64,000 nt of DNA from Eledone cirrhosa (taxonomy: Eukaryota). Location of the stretch: the NCBI GenBank assembly GCA_964016885.1, contig OZ024741.1, positions 191,642,001-191,706,000 of the forward strand, given 5' to 3'. The notes beneath the pieces are model-generated. The model had not been told where the DNA came from, did no database searches, and saw only the letters and a list, made by a program, of their open reading frames with translations. Below are positions 61,475-64,000 of the stretch, one piece after another. Each line of letters starts with the position of its first letter. The first letter of the stretch is position 1. A program made the position numbers and the translations under genes.

Positions 61475-62440
61475 TATTATTTTTCTTGGAGTCTGAGTCA
61501 TTGATGTTATTTAACTGGAAAGTTTGTTCAAATGTACAGCAAGCCGCTACCTGCAGTCTCAGATATTCAGGACGTATCGGAAGGTTTTTGCTGTTCTTAG
61601 CAAGCATGCCTTTTGAAGTGTTCCAAAAAACAGGGCTGCCCTAATCTTCTTTAACCATCCTTGAAAACTCTTTGAGGTAGTCCCTAGAGCTCCTATGACA
61701 ATCAGGACGACCTTGATCTCATGACAGTCCCAAATCCATTTTAATTCCCACTTTAACTCCTGGTATCGGTTAATTTTCTCTTTCTCCTTTTCTTGCACTC
61801 TCGTGTCAAATGGGCAGGCTACATCTACAATCAGGCACAATTTTTTTTCCTTGTCAAAAACCACCAAGTCAGGCCTATTCTGTTCTAATTTCTTGTCTGT
61901 CTGTATCCTGAAATCCCATAGCTACCTCACTTAATCGCTTTCTATCACCGACTCTGGCTTATACTCATACCACGCCTCAGAATGTGGTAAATTATTTAGT
62001 TTGCATAAATGCCAGTGAATCACCTTTCCTATTATATCGTGTCTCCAGCCTTTATAGTGAGTCTGGGCTAGATGTTTACACTCAGATACAATGTGAGCCA
62101 CAGTCTCCTCTCTCTCTCTACAGATCCTACACAGTGAGTTAGCCTCCTCCTTGTCAATATGGTGTTTCGCCCACTTCGTACTGAGGGGTTGCTCTTGTAT
62201 AGCCATTAGCATTCCTTCTGTAGCTTTTTTAAGGTCTCCTCTTTTTAACCAGCTCCATGTCTGTGGATCTCTGAAATCCATTTTCTTAAAAAAGGTACTA
62301 TGAAGGGATTTTTTATGAAGGTTGCTTTTTCCTCTTTGTTCCTTCCTCCTTGAACATCCCCTGGTCTATTTTCTTCTCCTTCAGTACAACTTTGAACATC
62401 GGCTCCCTACTCTGACACATAATAGTGCAGACTGCTTTTC
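61475..62440 (-). mobile_element. R4/Dong-like LINE 3' part
   Basis: LKKATEG.L.AIQEQ.L.T, CRIC..ETVAHIVSEC, RH, PD..DVA and IVIGALG motifs. Confidence 0.8.
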
Positions 62441-62444
62441 TTCA

Positions 62445-62735
62445 ATTAACTTTGCCTTTCATCCTTACGGGGTCGATAAAATAAAGTACCAGTAATGCAC
62501 TGGGTAATTGCTGGCCTTGTGCCAAAAGTAGAAACAATTATTATTATTATTATTAGTACGGTAGAGGGTCGGACGCCATGCTTTGCAGCAAAGAGTTATG
62601 ACCCTTTATGGTCTCAGTTCAAATCCCACCGAGGTTAACTTTGCCTTTCATCCTTACAGGGTCGATAAAATAAAGTACCAGTAATGCACTGGGATAATTG
62701 CTGGCCTTGTGCCAAAAGTAGAAATAATAATAATT
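62445..62735 (+). mobile_element. Two tandem SINE copies (one truncated, one longer with B box)
   Basis: aactttgcctttcatccttacggggtcgataaaataaagtaccag occurs twice; gttcaaatccc near 62617. Confidence 0.85.
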
Positions 62736-62739
62736 TTTA

Positions 62740-63455
62740 TTGCGCATCATTACTGCTTTACCGAGCACAGCTCTGTGCACCTTGGGTATGAGCAGTGTAG
62801 TTTTTGCTGGTATTGTTTCTATTGTATTGATAATACTTTTCATAATATGTGTGCAGTGCCTAGTAGTGCTATCTTTTGTATGGTGTATATATTTGTAAGT
62901 CCTGGGGTTTGGGTTATGTATTTGTCTGTGTGATTTTTTATCATTCCCAGAGCACCTATTATTATAGGTATTGTTTCTGTTTTCATTTTCTACATTTGAG
63001 TTATTTCTATCTCTAGATCTTTATATTTAGAGAGTTTCTCTATTTCCTTGGAAGATATATTGTCATCTGTGGGAATTGATACATTTATTAGAAGGCATTT
63101 TCTTTTTGTGGTCTTTGACTATAATATCTGGTCGGTTGGCTTTGATCTCTCTGTCTGTATGTATTGGCATATCCCAGAGAATGGTTTGTCATTCTCTGAC
63201 TCTTTTTCTGGTATGTGTTTGTACCATCTTTTATCTGTTGGTATTTCATAATGCTGGCATAATTTCCAATGTATGAAGGTCCCAACTCTATTATGCCTGT
63301 GGATGTATTCCTTTTTGGCTAGTGCTGGCCATCCAGAGACAATGTGGTTGATTGTTTCTTGCCTATCTCCACATATTCTACAGTTGCTTATAGTGCTTTG
63401 TTTCATTATGTACTTCTGGTAGTTTCTGGTGGATATACTCTTGTCCTGCGCTGTA
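62740..63455 (-). mobile_element. R4/Dong-like LINE 3' fragment
   Basis: CRICG..ETINHIVSG..LAKKEYIHRHN..IHWKLC (ORF 63119-63478); (aat)n at both ends. Confidence 0.78.
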
Positions 63456-64000
63456 TTATTATTGTTATTATTGAACATGTAAGACGTACGATTCTGGGCT
63501 CCAGCAGGTTGGTGGATTTAAGTTGTTTAAAGTAGTATTTTGTTAAAAAATTTTGTTGATAAGGGGACATTGGTCCTTGTCCCCAAGAAAGTAGAGCCCC
63601 ACTTTATTTTGTTTGAAAAATATTCAAAAAAAAACATGGATGGAGCTTCTCCCCCCCCCCCACCTAACGTTAAGCCAACTGTTATGTGACAGCGGCTCGA
63701 GCATTGAGCTAAGTGACACCACCATGGGGAAAACTAACACAAATTTAGGCAGTATTGTCAATAACAACGGCACAAACAACAAAAACAAAACAAACTAGAA
63801 CATCGGAATTCATGACAACAACACCAACGGCAGAAGCAGCGATGACATCATCAACAACAATGTGAACACCACCAGCAACAACAGCAACAACATATTTGCT
63901 GCTGCAACAGCTAGAAAAAGGCCATGTTTTCACATCGACTTAACGGACAAGGAGCAATGTTTGGCCCAGGCATGGAAGCTGATCAAACCTAACCGTCCTG

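Noticed and set aside
63613-64000. Possible LINE ORF1 start
   Set aside because: The sequence is low complexity, has no diagnostic motif and is truncated by the window edge.

Overview
AT-rich eukaryotic DNA made up mostly of repeats. The SINE families, RTE LINEs and (TA)n/(GAT)n/(AAT)n microsatellites suggest an octopod cephalopod (inference). Most of the window is decayed mobile elements: many RTE LINEs with a PHD finger inside the RT domain, R4/Dong-like, Tx1/L1-like and CR1-like LINE fragments, Helitrons, Ty3/gypsy remnants, a mariner, a hAT MITE and tRNA-SINEs. One intact 754-aa Ser/Thr-rich non-TE ORF lies at 55382-57646. The main signal not shown by the ORF track is a set of non-coding long inverted repeats next to microsatellites. 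They belong to at least four sequence-unrelated families, each carrying a type I hammerhead ribozyme motif that reads outward from the fold-back centre. They resemble non-autonomous Penelope-like or retrozyme-like hairpin elements. All calls were made by eye and boundaries are approximate.
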